Shown here piece by piece: positions 17,090 through 26,875 of a stretch of DNA of 64,000 nucleotides. Source of the stretch: a virus. The notes beneath the pieces are model-generated. The model searched no databases. It was not told the DNA's origin and worked only from the letters and a program-made list of their open reading frames with translations. A program made the translations under genes and the position numbers. The stretch's first letter is position 1. Each line of letters begins with the position of its first letter. Location: positions 1-64,000 of IMG/VR virus record IMGVR_UViG_3300033064_003457. One strand, given 5' to 3'.

Positions 17090-17713
17090 TTATTTTGAAG
17101 AACACAATACAGTTATCGCTGTGGCCACAGATAGCGTTATGTCTAGCCTATCCATACTCTTGTGTTCTATTGTTTTCGGATAAAATACTTCTCCAGCAGA
17201 TGTGTCAAATACTTCTACCAGCGGATATACTCCAAGATTGTGATCAACCTGGAAAAAAGTGTTAGATGAGTATTCTTGCGAAAAGTAACCGCTAGAAGCT
17301 GGTTGCCATGTTCCTGATCCTACAGCGTCTGCCGTAAGCACATATCCTGGAATGGCTGTGCCTCCTAGCTGGAACTCATCAGTATATAGATATTCAAATA
17401 TTCCTGATGGAGCAAATACCCCATAGCTGAATATTCCAGAAACAGATTTTACATACTCTCCAGTAAAAATACCAGATCCGCCCATATCGTAAACACCAGA
17501 CGGCGTATATATTCCATGAGTAAATATACCAGACGCACTATATACATCGGTGAATATTCCAGATCCTATATATGCATAGTCAAAGTATCCAGATGGAGCA
17601 CTGAACGTATCGCATCCAAGGTGCCAGCATCTTACGGCCCTATCCTTCAGGTCACCATCTCGCTTTAGCATATGTTTAGAGAAATTATTTAATCTGTCTT
17701 GATACTCTGCCAC
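17090..17713 (-). CDS. Fibre-like protein with about 10-aa xSG(I/V/Y)(F/Y) repeats
   Basis: APSGYF, IGSGIF, SASGIF, TPSGVY, GGSGIF, SVSGIF, APSGIF; GYVLTADAVGSGTWQPA fibre-type motif; C-terminal VDHNLGVYPLVEV (HNLG-type small beta domain). Confidence 0.65.
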   Translation of the reverse strand: MAEYQDRLNNFSKHMLKRDGDLKDRAVRCWHLGCDTFSAPSGYFDYAYIGSGIFTDVYSASGIFTHGIYTPSGVYDMGGSGIFTGEYVKSVSGIFSYGVFAPSGIFEYLYTDEFQLGGTAIPGYVLTADAVGSGTWQPASSGYFSQEYSSNTFFQVDHNLGVYPLVEVFDTSAGEVFYPKTIEHKSMDRLDITLSVATAITVLCSSK

Positions 17714-17714
17714 C

Positions 17715-20051
17715 TTAATACCCCAATTTTATAGTGTAAGAATTTAGTGTAGGCGTTGTTATCGGCGATGAATCATCGTTTCTTGATAATACAGCCTTTA
17801 AGTATATATCATTTGTCTGTGTAGATATATATTTGTATGACAACACATATGTCTCAGCCCCATCAGGACAAAGCATGTCATCTGAAGAAGAGGACCATAG
17901 TGACGTTTGTGGCTTATAGTTTACCACTATTTCTTTATTGCTATCGCCATCATAATCAATAACACAGAACCTAGAGTGATTTGATTTTAATGTGTTGTTT
18001 TTCAACTCAAACCAGCTAACCTCTTGTAACTTCTCGGCATATGCAAATTGTCTATACACTTTTTGATATAAATATTTGTCATCATTAACACTATAGAATC
18101 TATCATTATCTTCACGTGGCTCAGCAGTCGTTACAACTTTATGCCAGCCTGGTGGTATATGAAAAAATGTTTCTGATGACAGATCTATTATTCCCTCGGT
18201 TGTAGTTATAGTTGTAAAGTTTCCAGCATCTTGCTCTGCAACGGTAAATGGAGTTATGTTAATATCTAGCCCATCGCTGTTCAATATATATATATATGTA
18301 GTATACTCAGTTGGCTCAGACTCTTCATCATCGTACTTATAGTCCACATATACAGTGTTTGATGGAGACTGTGGATCGTCCGATATATTGCTACCAGTAG
18401 TCTTAGTTATTATTTTTGTAGAATAGCTCACTTCATAATCACTAGAATTTACATATACATAGCCTGGATTTTCTCCAGGTTCGCTCTTAACTACGATAGA
18501 GCCCCTTATCAGTCCTTCACCATCTATGGCAGCAGAGGTAGGATATGTCAAAGTTATAGTGCTACCGATATCAAACGAATGCTCTTCATTGTAAATAGCA
18601 ACCCTCTTGACATCATACTTTGGAGTTACTTGCCAATTGTTTTTTCCTCTATAGATCTCAACGCTATCTCTAACTGGTTCATACGGAAACTCATACACTT
18701 TATAAAAATCCACACCCTTATAAGACTCTAGAGTAGCCCCATAGCTAGACTCGTCCCACTGTATGTCTGGAACATTAGTAAAGAATGAGACATGTCTAAA
18801 ATCAACAAGTTGCTGTTCTGTTGGTTCTTGTGAATTTACTGGACTAACTGAAACCCAATTATATTCTGTAGGATCATCCTCGCCTTCTTCACCAAGGGAT
18901 AGGTAATAATCTATTTTTGTTTCTGGCTGTATATCCTCTTCTGTTATTAGCACAGCTTTATCTATAGTACTTTCTTCTCCGGTAGGATCTTCCATTGTAA
19001 AAACATTGGAATATAATGTCGACGTTTTATTATAAGCCATCTCTAGGATTTCAATATTTTTAAATCCCACCGTGTATAGGTATGTTGATATATTTTCACT
19101 AGCTGCCATCTGGTCTTCTATGTCCTTAGTTACTACAAACTTTAAATATTTTGCCCTTAGTTCCTCAAAGTTCCATATGGTTTTCTTGTTGTCAGTTACT
19201 AGCTTATTTCCTACACCATATCCGATAGGTAATCTCTTAAAGTTTATATTATCTAGCGACCATAGAGGTTCAACCTTCATGTGATTGGATGATTGCCCCC
19301 GCATCTCTATCCTAGAAATATATGTACCCATATCAAGCTTAGGTGTTAGGTCTACAATGAAAGACACCACCAAGGCCCCACCTTTTGTGCTAATTATGCT
19401 TTGTGCCCACGAAGTGTTTATGTCACTAAAGGCATAACCAAACTTGCTATCCAACATAAGATGGTTAGATATTATGTTGTCGGCATATTCTTCGTCTGCT
19501 AGTATTGGATAATTCACAACATCAAAGTAGTGTGACATGTCTAATTTTTTTATTCCTTGGCGACTTTCCCTCAGGGTTACTATCCCCGCGTCTGTATTGA
19601 CTTCACAAGTAGAATATTCTAAGTTTATATTGCTTCTATCTATAAAACTATCATGAAATGAGTATAGATAACCTTCAGTGTCCTCCGCTACCAACAGAAG
19701 ATCATCAAGGTTTCCTTCCAGTTTTTTAATCTCATGCATAAGTTTTTGTCTTTCAGTGTCGTAATAATCAAAATCTTCTAGTATTATAGTGAACTGATCT
19801 ACTAGTTCCTCATACAGATTGTTTAAGTCATTGCTCAATTCTTTTAAGTTGTCATTGTACTTGTCAATATCCCATGCCTTCCTATAGTTTTGTGTGCGTA
19901 ATTTGAACGATGGCATACCAACGCTTATCATTTTATAGAATTTGCTTAGTTGTGATACTATGTGCTCCATAGTCGGAACATAGCCCTCTTTCATTCTCTC
20001 TTCTATGATTCTATTGACTTCTTTTTTTACTTGTCTGGATGCTATACTCAT
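17715..20051 (-). CDS. Large virion (baseplate/fibre-associated) protein, paralog family
   Basis: Contains DKYNDNLKELSNDL; ends TPTLNSYTIKLGY. Confidence 0.6.
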   Translation of the reverse strand: MSIASRQVKKEVNRIIEERMKEGYVPTMEHIVSQLSKFYKMISVGMPSFKLRTQNYRKAWDIDKYNDNLKELSNDLNNLYEELVDQFTIILEDFDYYDTERQKLMHEIKKLEGNLDDLLLVAEDTEGYLYSFHDSFIDRSNINLEYSTCEVNTDAGIVTLRESRQGIKKLDMSHYFDVVNYPILADEEYADNIISNHLMLDSKFGYAFSDINTSWAQSIISTKGGALVVSFIVDLTPKLDMGTYISRIEMRGQSSNHMKVEPLWSLDNINFKRLPIGYGVGNKLVTDNKKTIWNFEELRAKYLKFVVTKDIEDQMAASENISTYLYTVGFKNIEILEMAYNKTSTLYSNVFTMEDPTGEESTIDKAVLITEEDIQPETKIDYYLSLGEEGEDDPTEYNWVSVSPVNSQEPTEQQLVDFRHVSFFTNVPDIQWDESSYGATLESYKGVDFYKVYEFPYEPVRDSVEIYRGKNNWQVTPKYDVKRVAIYNEEHSFDIGSTITLTYPTSAAIDGEGLIRGSIVVKSEPGENPGYVYVNSSDYEVSYSTKIITKTTGSNISDDPQSPSNTVYVDYKYDDEESEPTEYTTYIYILNSDGLDINITPFTVAEQDAGNFTTITTTEGIIDLSSETFFHIPPGWHKVVTTAEPREDNDRFYSVNDDKYLYQKVYRQFAYAEKLQEVSWFELKNNTLKSNHSRFCVIDYDGDSNKEIVVNYKPQTSLWSSSSDDMLCPDGAETYVLSYKYISTQTNDIYLKAVLSRNDDSSPITTPTLNSYTIKLGY

Positions 20052-20054
20052 TTA

Positions 20055-22289
20055 TTATAGACCTCCGAAAGGATATATTTGTAATGCATACTTAGATAAA
20101 ACTGGCGTATAGCTCTCTGCGTCAGCTATGGTTGTCGGTCTGCTAAGCACGGCCCTGAATCTTACCTCATAAACAGGGTACCCTATGTCGACATAAGATA
20201 ACGGGTTATCTCTGGCTTCTGGGCTTATATCAGAGTTTATATTAATTACCTCTGGTATATTGTTTATGCCATCGGTGCTAATTGTAGTGCGATGATTTTT
20301 TGGTGATATCCTATACCACGTTGTACCATCGTCAGCCGATACATAGTACTTTATCCACTCATTTTCCGTGCCAGATAAACCAGCAGATGTATAAAATACC
20401 CTTGGTATCTGTTCATCTACAGCCAACGTTATCTTAGATATTGGCTTAGGAGAGGTGTACGGCTCAGAAACAACTTCGCTCGTTTCTGCAAACTTATAAG
20501 CATACATGTTAATGTCTCTTATCCCTATTGCGAATCTTGCTTTATCTTCTTTTGCTTTTACCCATTGTCTTTTTATTGTCTGTGGACCAACAGTTGTTTC
20601 TGTCTTTTTTGACGAACCAAATAGTCCTCCTAACAATAAACCAGCTATCATACCTATTGGTCCACCTACTAATCCGCCCAACATAAACCCAGCTATCCCA
20701 CCAGCTGCCGCTCCAATAGTACTAGCTAACCCAGTGCTATCAGATCCTCCTATATCTATTGCGCCAGGCTCAAGATCTAGAACATCAAACCCGCAAACAA
20801 GACCTATTAGATATGGTATCTCTGCTGTCTTTTTTACTACCTGTGTTGACGTTGATGTTTTAGCTCCGCCAAAGAACTTCTTCTTTGTTGTAGTTGATGT
20901 TATTACTTGTTCTGTTTCTACCATAAGAACATCGTATGGTTTGTTGTATGACCTAGTTTGACGTATAATAAATTTTAGACATTTTACTTTTCTTGCCGCA
21001 AATACCCATATGCCTTGTCCTGCGAATTTGAATCTGTCAGGTGCCAATGTATCTTTGACCATACTAGGTGTAAGTTCCTGGTTTGCTTCTTTTGTAAGAA
21101 CAATATCATATTCATGGTCATCAAAACCTTCTAGTTCTTCAAACACTTCCCCGTCGGCAGAGGTTTGTATGGATAGTACTTCCATGTAAAGTTCTTTACC
21201 AAAGTTGTTAGGCAACAAGCTTATCCAGTTCATCTGCTCAGTTCTTTCTAGATGCACTGTAAAGCTAACAGAAAGGAACTCTCTGGCACTAGTTTCTGTT
21301 ACTGGTATATAATCTTCTATAAGGTTACCATACTCTTTGGTTACTACTGTATCGCCAACTATCTCTATGTTTGGTGAGTTTATCTCATTGTTAACAAGTT
21401 CATTAAATTCAGCTGCAGTTATCTGGTCTCCACTGTATCTATTACGATATCCTTGGATTGGGTTGGTAACCATTTCTACTTCCCAGAATGTATCTGGGGT
21501 ATCATCAAACATTTGCAACCTTCTTGCCATTAGAGCTTCTTCAGCTGCTCCATTCTCCCAAAGAGTTTTCCCATCTTCAGCGTATGATATGTGCCAATTT
21601 CCACCTTCTGGCCTAGACTCATTCTTGAGCCCGTAATACAATCCTTCATACCCTCCAGTCTGAGAATGAGGGTTCCAATCTGGTATTGATTCTTGTATTC
21701 CTGTAACCTTTTCCACCAAAGGAGACCTGTTGGTGTTGCTTATTCTTTTTAGCGTTATAACTCCTTGATGTGAGATTAACTCTGCTTCTTGTGCCCCAGG
21801 AGTTATCTTACTGAAATCTATCTTACTATTATCTACAAGAGAATCTACCCCAAATATAGAATTAGACTTTGCCCCCTCTGAATAGAATGAATAGTCTATA
21901 GATTTAGATGCTAGCTTCCTTACCTTATTAGTAAGCATTTGTTTTTCTATTTCTCCATAATTAAAGTTCTTTACCATAACAGAAGACAATGAATTTTCTT
22001 CAGCGTATCCCACACCTATATCATCATGTAATTCCTGCATAGTATCATTGTAGTCTCTTGATACTGGTGGAGATTCTTTTTTTTGATATCGTAGCTTTAA
22101 TGTTGGCTTGCCAAGGTTAGAAAAAAAATCTTTGAATGCCTTATATAGCGCAGTAAATATAGAGTTTTCACTCTGAGTATCTTTTCTGTCTAGCTTATCT
22201 TTACGCTTAGCACTAATTACAGCCAGAAGATTCTCTGCTTTTTTTATATTTAATTTAGTGTCAGTTAATCTTAGGTATTCATTTCCCAT
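20055..22289 (-). CDS. Large virion protein, paralog family, with an internal glycine-zipper hydrophobic segment
   Basis: Contains RDYNDTMQELHDDI and GAAAGGIAGFMLGGLVGGPIGMIAGLLLGGLFG; ends TPVLSKYALQIYP. Confidence 0.6.
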   Translation of the reverse strand: MGNEYLRLTDTKLNIKKAENLLAVISAKRKDKLDRKDTQSENSIFTALYKAFKDFFSNLGKPTLKLRYQKKESPPVSRDYNDTMQELHDDIGVGYAEENSLSSVMVKNFNYGEIEKQMLTNKVRKLASKSIDYSFYSEGAKSNSIFGVDSLVDNSKIDFSKITPGAQEAELISHQGVITLKRISNTNRSPLVEKVTGIQESIPDWNPHSQTGGYEGLYYGLKNESRPEGGNWHISYAEDGKTLWENGAAEEALMARRLQMFDDTPDTFWEVEMVTNPIQGYRNRYSGDQITAAEFNELVNNEINSPNIEIVGDTVVTKEYGNLIEDYIPVTETSAREFLSVSFTVHLERTEQMNWISLLPNNFGKELYMEVLSIQTSADGEVFEELEGFDDHEYDIVLTKEANQELTPSMVKDTLAPDRFKFAGQGIWVFAARKVKCLKFIIRQTRSYNKPYDVLMVETEQVITSTTTKKKFFGGAKTSTSTQVVKKTAEIPYLIGLVCGFDVLDLEPGAIDIGGSDSTGLASTIGAAAGGIAGFMLGGLVGGPIGMIAGLLLGGLFGSSKKTETTVGPQTIKRQWVKAKEDKARFAIGIRDINMYAYKFAETSEVVSEPYTSPKPISKITLAVDEQIPRVFYTSAGLSGTENEWIKYYVSADDGTTWYRISPKNHRTTISTDGINNIPEVININSDISPEARDNPLSYVDIGYPVYEVRFRAVLSRPTTIADAESYTPVLSKYALQIYPFGGL

Positions 22290-24592
22290 TATATTGTCCT
22301 CAATTTTAAAGTATAGTCTTTACAAATGGGTGTCTCCGATATATTTTTCCTTATATTGTTACGTAATAGAGCTTTCAGCTGTATATAATCATTAAGGTAT
22401 TTATATATTATTTTTATTTCCCTTCCGTCCAACGGAGTATTGAAATATACATTGTTCCCACTGTGAAAATATTCAAAATTTGGGTAGCTTGCGGCATTGT
22501 ATGACGTAAGTGCTGGCCGTATATCATTATAATAGTCAGTTCTGTTCTCGGCAGCATGCCCATCAACAGTTATTGTAAACATATCATAGTAAGATCCATA
22601 TTCTATATCAAACTTATTAAAGCCACTCACGTTAAGCCATCTACCAGCCTCATACGAAAATCCCGGGCCAGACTTACCAGCCTGTGCTGTGTCGTTTATT
22701 ACGTCGTAGTCTATATATGGATAGTGAGATAGCTCTATTTTGTATTGTCTTGTGGAGTTGTCAGTGAATGTTTCTTCAGTTTCTATTAGTGAATCATTAG
22801 CAAAGCTTACGACTACTCCGCTAGGAGTAACATCTGATGTTCCTTTTGGCTGATAAGAGATAGTATATGATGCACTAGCGTTGTACCACCCAGAAGCAAC
22901 AGCCACTGATCCATCAGAGCTAGAATATGTCCAATCAACAGCAGGCATATCCTCATCGTTCCTATACATGCCAACTGGGCTTGATTCTGCTGGGAACCGC
23001 AATATTCCTACCCTAGTAAGTGGGTCTATGTCTACTCTTTCTTTTGTTATATAGTGTCCAGATGGCAATATGTTCTTCCATTCATCTTTTCTTGTGGCTA
23101 CCTGGTATTCTATTGACGCCCCAGACGGGAGAACTTCCACTGCGTCTAGTCTGGTTTCTAGGATAGCTCCATTGGCTTTGTATTGAGGACTTACATACTC
23201 CCCTCTCTCTAGATACCATATGTGCTTTATGTCTATATTATACGCTCCATATAGGTACTCGTATTTTCTTACCTCGATAAGTTCTTTGTCTGGATCATCC
23301 TTTTCTCGCAAAATATCCATAGACAATTCTTCTGCACCAACCTTAGACGCCTTTGTCATCTCTTGGGTGGTAGCTTTGAATATTGTCTTTGACATGCTGC
23401 TACCAGCACTATCTTCTGTCTTGCCCAACTCTTTAGTCTTTTCTTTATATTTTTCTATCTCATCAGTGTAAGCCCTGAACCCAGTTATGTAATCTATCAT
23501 ATCCTGTGTGGCTTGGATTGGGGCATTGGTAGATGTAGAAAGGGAATATTCCCTATCTACTATCTGTTGCCACATCTGAGCATTGTTTACTATATATTTT
23601 GGTATATTATATGTATTTATACTAGGATTTTTTTGGTTTATTACTATCCTAATCTCCTTGGCATATATTTCTGTGAAATTAAATTCTATTGCCGATACAG
23701 ATGTTTGTTCTGTTATATCTAGCTCTGACCAAGAGTCAGCGATTGCCTCTCTATATTCTATTTTGAATATCCTAAGCGGGTAGTTAGTGAATGGCAATAT
23801 CTTTATATGGTTTATAGGCTCGGTCCTAAACAACCTTATTGTAACTTCGCATATGGTACCAAACTCTAAATTGCCATTATATATTTGTCGGATTGGTTCA
23901 TCAGTAAGTATTACTTCGCCCCAGAATGTCTGCATGCTTTCGTCTATAGCTTTTTCCTTGCGGTGTTCCTCTGTCTCTAGCGTCCCCATTATACCGCCAC
24001 CATATCTAGAGATGCTGATCTCTGCTGCAGCTAGTCCATTTATACTAAGGGTAGAATTGTCCATACCAAATGGCAACTTCAGTGAATTTGTGTCTGTATC
24101 AATCCAAGCTTTATATGGTCCATCTTCTGCCTGATTATCATCCTTATAAAAGGTATTAAACTTTGCATCTGTTATCCCGGTCTTATTTTCTTTGATAACT
24201 TTGTATACCATTATGTCGTTTTCTACTTTGCGCAATGCCGACCTTACATCTCTTAACGTAGCGTCATTGATGAGCTTATGTGTTTTTATGGTACGGTTTA
24301 TAGTATTGTTTTGCTTGAACAAAGCCCCCAAATCAACATAGGCCTCTTCCATGGTATTATTATAATCCACAGATGATACCTTACTATACTTTTCTGCTTT
24401 TCTAAGCTGTATCAACGGATTACCTAGAGGATTTTTAAGCTCAGCGACTAATTCCTCTAGTTTGTTTTGTAGCGTTTTATCGTCAGGAGACACACCAGCA
24501 TCATCATACTTCGTTTTTAATATTTGAAGTAACCTGTCCTGTTGTATCTTAGGTATTATACTGTAATATGATTCAATGTAAGATTTTCTCAT
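22289..24592 (-). CDS. Large virion protein, paralog family
   Basis: Contains VDYNNTMEEAYVDL; ends TPICKDYTLKLRTI. Confidence 0.6.
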   Translation of the reverse strand: MRKSYIESYYSIIPKIQQDRLLQILKTKYDDAGVSPDDKTLQNKLEELVAELKNPLGNPLIQLRKAEKYSKVSSVDYNNTMEEAYVDLGALFKQNNTINRTIKTHKLINDATLRDVRSALRKVENDIMVYKVIKENKTGITDAKFNTFYKDDNQAEDGPYKAWIDTDTNSLKLPFGMDNSTLSINGLAAAEISISRYGGGIMGTLETEEHRKEKAIDESMQTFWGEVILTDEPIRQIYNGNLEFGTICEVTIRLFRTEPINHIKILPFTNYPLRIFKIEYREAIADSWSELDITEQTSVSAIEFNFTEIYAKEIRIVINQKNPSINTYNIPKYIVNNAQMWQQIVDREYSLSTSTNAPIQATQDMIDYITGFRAYTDEIEKYKEKTKELGKTEDSAGSSMSKTIFKATTQEMTKASKVGAEELSMDILREKDDPDKELIEVRKYEYLYGAYNIDIKHIWYLERGEYVSPQYKANGAILETRLDAVEVLPSGASIEYQVATRKDEWKNILPSGHYITKERVDIDPLTRVGILRFPAESSPVGMYRNDEDMPAVDWTYSSSDGSVAVASGWYNASASYTISYQPKGTSDVTPSGVVVSFANDSLIETEETFTDNSTRQYKIELSHYPYIDYDVINDTAQAGKSGPGFSYEAGRWLNVSGFNKFDIEYGSYYDMFTITVDGHAAENRTDYYNDIRPALTSYNAASYPNFEYFHSGNNVYFNTPLDGREIKIIYKYLNDYIQLKALLRNNIRKNISETPICKDYTLKLRTI

Positions 24593-25175
24593 TTTTCCCC
24601 AAACATTTTAATGTATTATCAATACTTAGATCTTTGCAATTAAATACCTCTATGAGTTCATCCGGCACTTGTCTCCCGTTGTCAATATACCACTTTATTC
24701 TTGTAGAAAACTTAGTATCCCAATAATGTCTATCAAGGTCATATCTTTCATTTTCTGTTATATCCGTAAACTTAGGCTTAAGGTAACTTACCGCTGAAAA
24801 AAATTCTTTTGCTTCACTAGATACCTCTCTAAGCGATCTGCTACTAATAGCAATAGACATCATATTGTTTTCTAAATCTATCTTCGCCACAGCTATGTCT
24901 AAGTCATAATCTTCAGGCCTATACTTTTCCAGCCTAGCTATTTTTCTTTTTGTTCTTTCTATCTCTATTTTTGATTTATTTATATCATTTATGGCTATCT
25001 TCATACCTCTTATTCTCTTATGTAGTTCACGTAAAGCTTGCTTGTATTTCCCCCATTCTGTTATCCCATTATCACCACCAAGTATAAAGTTGTGTATTTG
25101 AAATTTTGAATGGTTAAGCTGAAGATCCTTAAACAATTCATTGTAATTATTATTAAATAAACTTAAATCTTTCAT
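24573..25175 (-). CDS. Hypothetical coiled-coil protein, possible fibre chaperone
   Basis: Coupled to the Kelch gene by an ATGA overlap; long helical charged segment. Confidence 0.55.
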   Translation of the reverse strand: MKDLSLFNNNYNELFKDLQLNHSKFQIHNFILGGDNGITEWGKYKQALRELHKRIRGMKIAINDINKSKIEIERTKRKIARLEKYRPEDYDLDIAVAKIDLENNMMSIAISSRSLREVSSEAKEFFSAVSYLKPKFTDITENERYDLDRHYWDTKFSTRIKWYIDNGRQVPDELIEVFNCKDLSIDNTLKCLGKNEKILH

Positions 25176-26287
25176 TCTAACTTAAATCCTCCTCCGCACG
25201 ATCCACCACGAGCAGGTTCTGGCAAATCACTCCTAAATACCCATGAGTCAGTATAGGTTGAGTATCTACTTACACTTTTAGAGGCACTACTAACTCCGTC
25301 ATACCCACCATTGCTGAATCCATACATGCCTTTTAATCCAAAGCCGGCAGCACCCTGTTGAGATGTGGCCATAGCTGTTCTTGATAACCAAGAGTTTAGA
25401 TTATTGTCATATTCATCGCAATCATCAATAACACCATTCCTGAACCCACCAGTTATATATGCTTTACCGTTGGCTGTGAAAGAAGATGGCCTCTTCCTAG
25501 CCGGCTCAGGACAATCTGTCATAGTTCCCCAGGTATTGTTGCTTTTGTCATACCTGAAACAGCTCTTAGTATCCTCACCTCCAGAAGCTTTGCCAGCAAT
25601 AACAAAGCCATAATTAGTTCCTATATTTGCACAGGCGTGAGCATAGCGCGCATACGTAATATTAGTCATGACTGACCATGAATCATCATTATTGCTGTAC
25701 TCATCGCAATCATTAAATGGCCCAGCTGCTATACCACCGACAACATAGCCATTATTATTGTTTAGACTAAAAGAATTTACATCTCTAGTCCCATGATCTA
25801 AGGCAGCCCTACTATCCCATGAGTTCAATGTGTCGTTATATCTGTCGCAAATAGCAAGATCTAGTGGGGCAGGGATAACATCTTTGTATCCACCGACCAC
25901 AACACCTATAGTATAACCCAATGAAAAAGCTGACCCTAACTTTCTTGCGGGAGATGGCATATCGGTCCTACTTTCCCAGACACCGGAATCTTCATTGAAT
26001 CTGTCGCAATCCTGAAGAGAGTAATCTGATCCACCACCACCATCCCATCCTCCGCCAGCGATAAAACCCCTGTGGGCCACATCTATATATTTGAAACATT
26101 TTATTACACCACTTGCGCTTATCCTGTTGGGTAATGACTTGTCTTCGTTTGGCTCAGTCAAGATTACCCCATAAACTAAACCATTCTTGCCTACTCTCAG
26201 TTGGTATGGGTTAGGATCATCATCAACAGCAACTGCATAGATTCCAGACGCTGTCATTGTTCTCAGGCCTATATCAACTTCAGACAT
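25172..26287 (-). CDS. Kelch-repeat beta-propeller protein, putative receptor-binding/tail appendage
   Basis: About six repeats of hydrophobic-GG...CD(R/E)(F/Y)...W...(M/L)PxPAR. Confidence 0.8.
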   Translation of the reverse strand: MSEVDIGLRTMTASGIYAVAVDDDPNPYQLRVGKNGLVYGVILTEPNEDKSLPNRISASGVIKCFKYIDVAHRGFIAGGGWDGGGGSDYSLQDCDRFNEDSGVWESRTDMPSPARKLGSAFSLGYTIGVVVGGYKDVIPAPLDLAICDRYNDTLNSWDSRAALDHGTRDVNSFSLNNNNGYVVGGIAAGPFNDCDEYSNNDDSWSVMTNITYARYAHACANIGTNYGFVIAGKASGGEDTKSCFRYDKSNNTWGTMTDCPEPARKRPSSFTANGKAYITGGFRNGVIDDCDEYDNNLNSWLSRTAMATSQQGAAGFGLKGMYGFSNGGYDGVSSASKSVSRYSTYTDSWVFRSDLPEPARGGSCGGGFKLE

Positions 26288-26874
26288 TATACATCAGTCC
26301 TTATCCAAAGTAACCCGGTTGATGGCGTAACTGGATCCGAAGTTCTATTGTCTAGACACATGTTCTTCATTTGCATGTTTTGGATGTCTAGATCATCAGC
26401 TGTTATTAATTCTACGTCTCCTCCAGACTCTTGCCACAACAACCTGGAATCTACATATATCTTAGGCACAACATCTTGATCGTTGCTGGGGCCATCGTAT
26501 ACCCTCAATAGGTCAAAATAACCATTTCCCATTGGAATTGATGACGAACCAAAGCCAGGAACGCCACTTGCACTTGATAGCATATCTCCACTTAGTGTTA
26601 ACTCAACAGAACCATTGTTCCATGTAAGATACGTTACTCCGCCTAAATCTCCACCGTCATTATACTGTAGTTGCATATCTGAACCGCCAGGAGTAGCACC
26701 AACACCAGTAAGACTACTTCCATCACCGTAATATGTCTTAGCATAGATTTTATTGCCAACTTCTAGGTTATCAAAAACACCAGATGCGAATGCAGTGCTT
26801 AATGTACCAACGTCGTGTAGACCACTAGCACTAGGCACAACTGCTTCATATGTTGTTATGTAGTCATATCTCAT
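26287..26874 (-). CDS. Tail fibre-like protein
   Basis: YYGDGSSLTGV, PGGSDMQLQYNDGG, DVVPKIYVDS and SDPVTPSTGLLWIRTD are typical phage fibre motifs. Confidence 0.65.
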   Translation of the reverse strand: MRYDYITTYEAVVPSASGLHDVGTLSTAFASGVFDNLEVGNKIYAKTYYGDGSSLTGVGATPGGSDMQLQYNDGGDLGGVTYLTWNNGSVELTLSGDMLSSASGVPGFGSSSIPMGNGYFDLLRVYDGPSNDQDVVPKIYVDSRLLWQESGGDVELITADDLDIQNMQMKNMCLDNRTSDPVTPSTGLLWIRTDV

Positions 26875-26875
26875 A

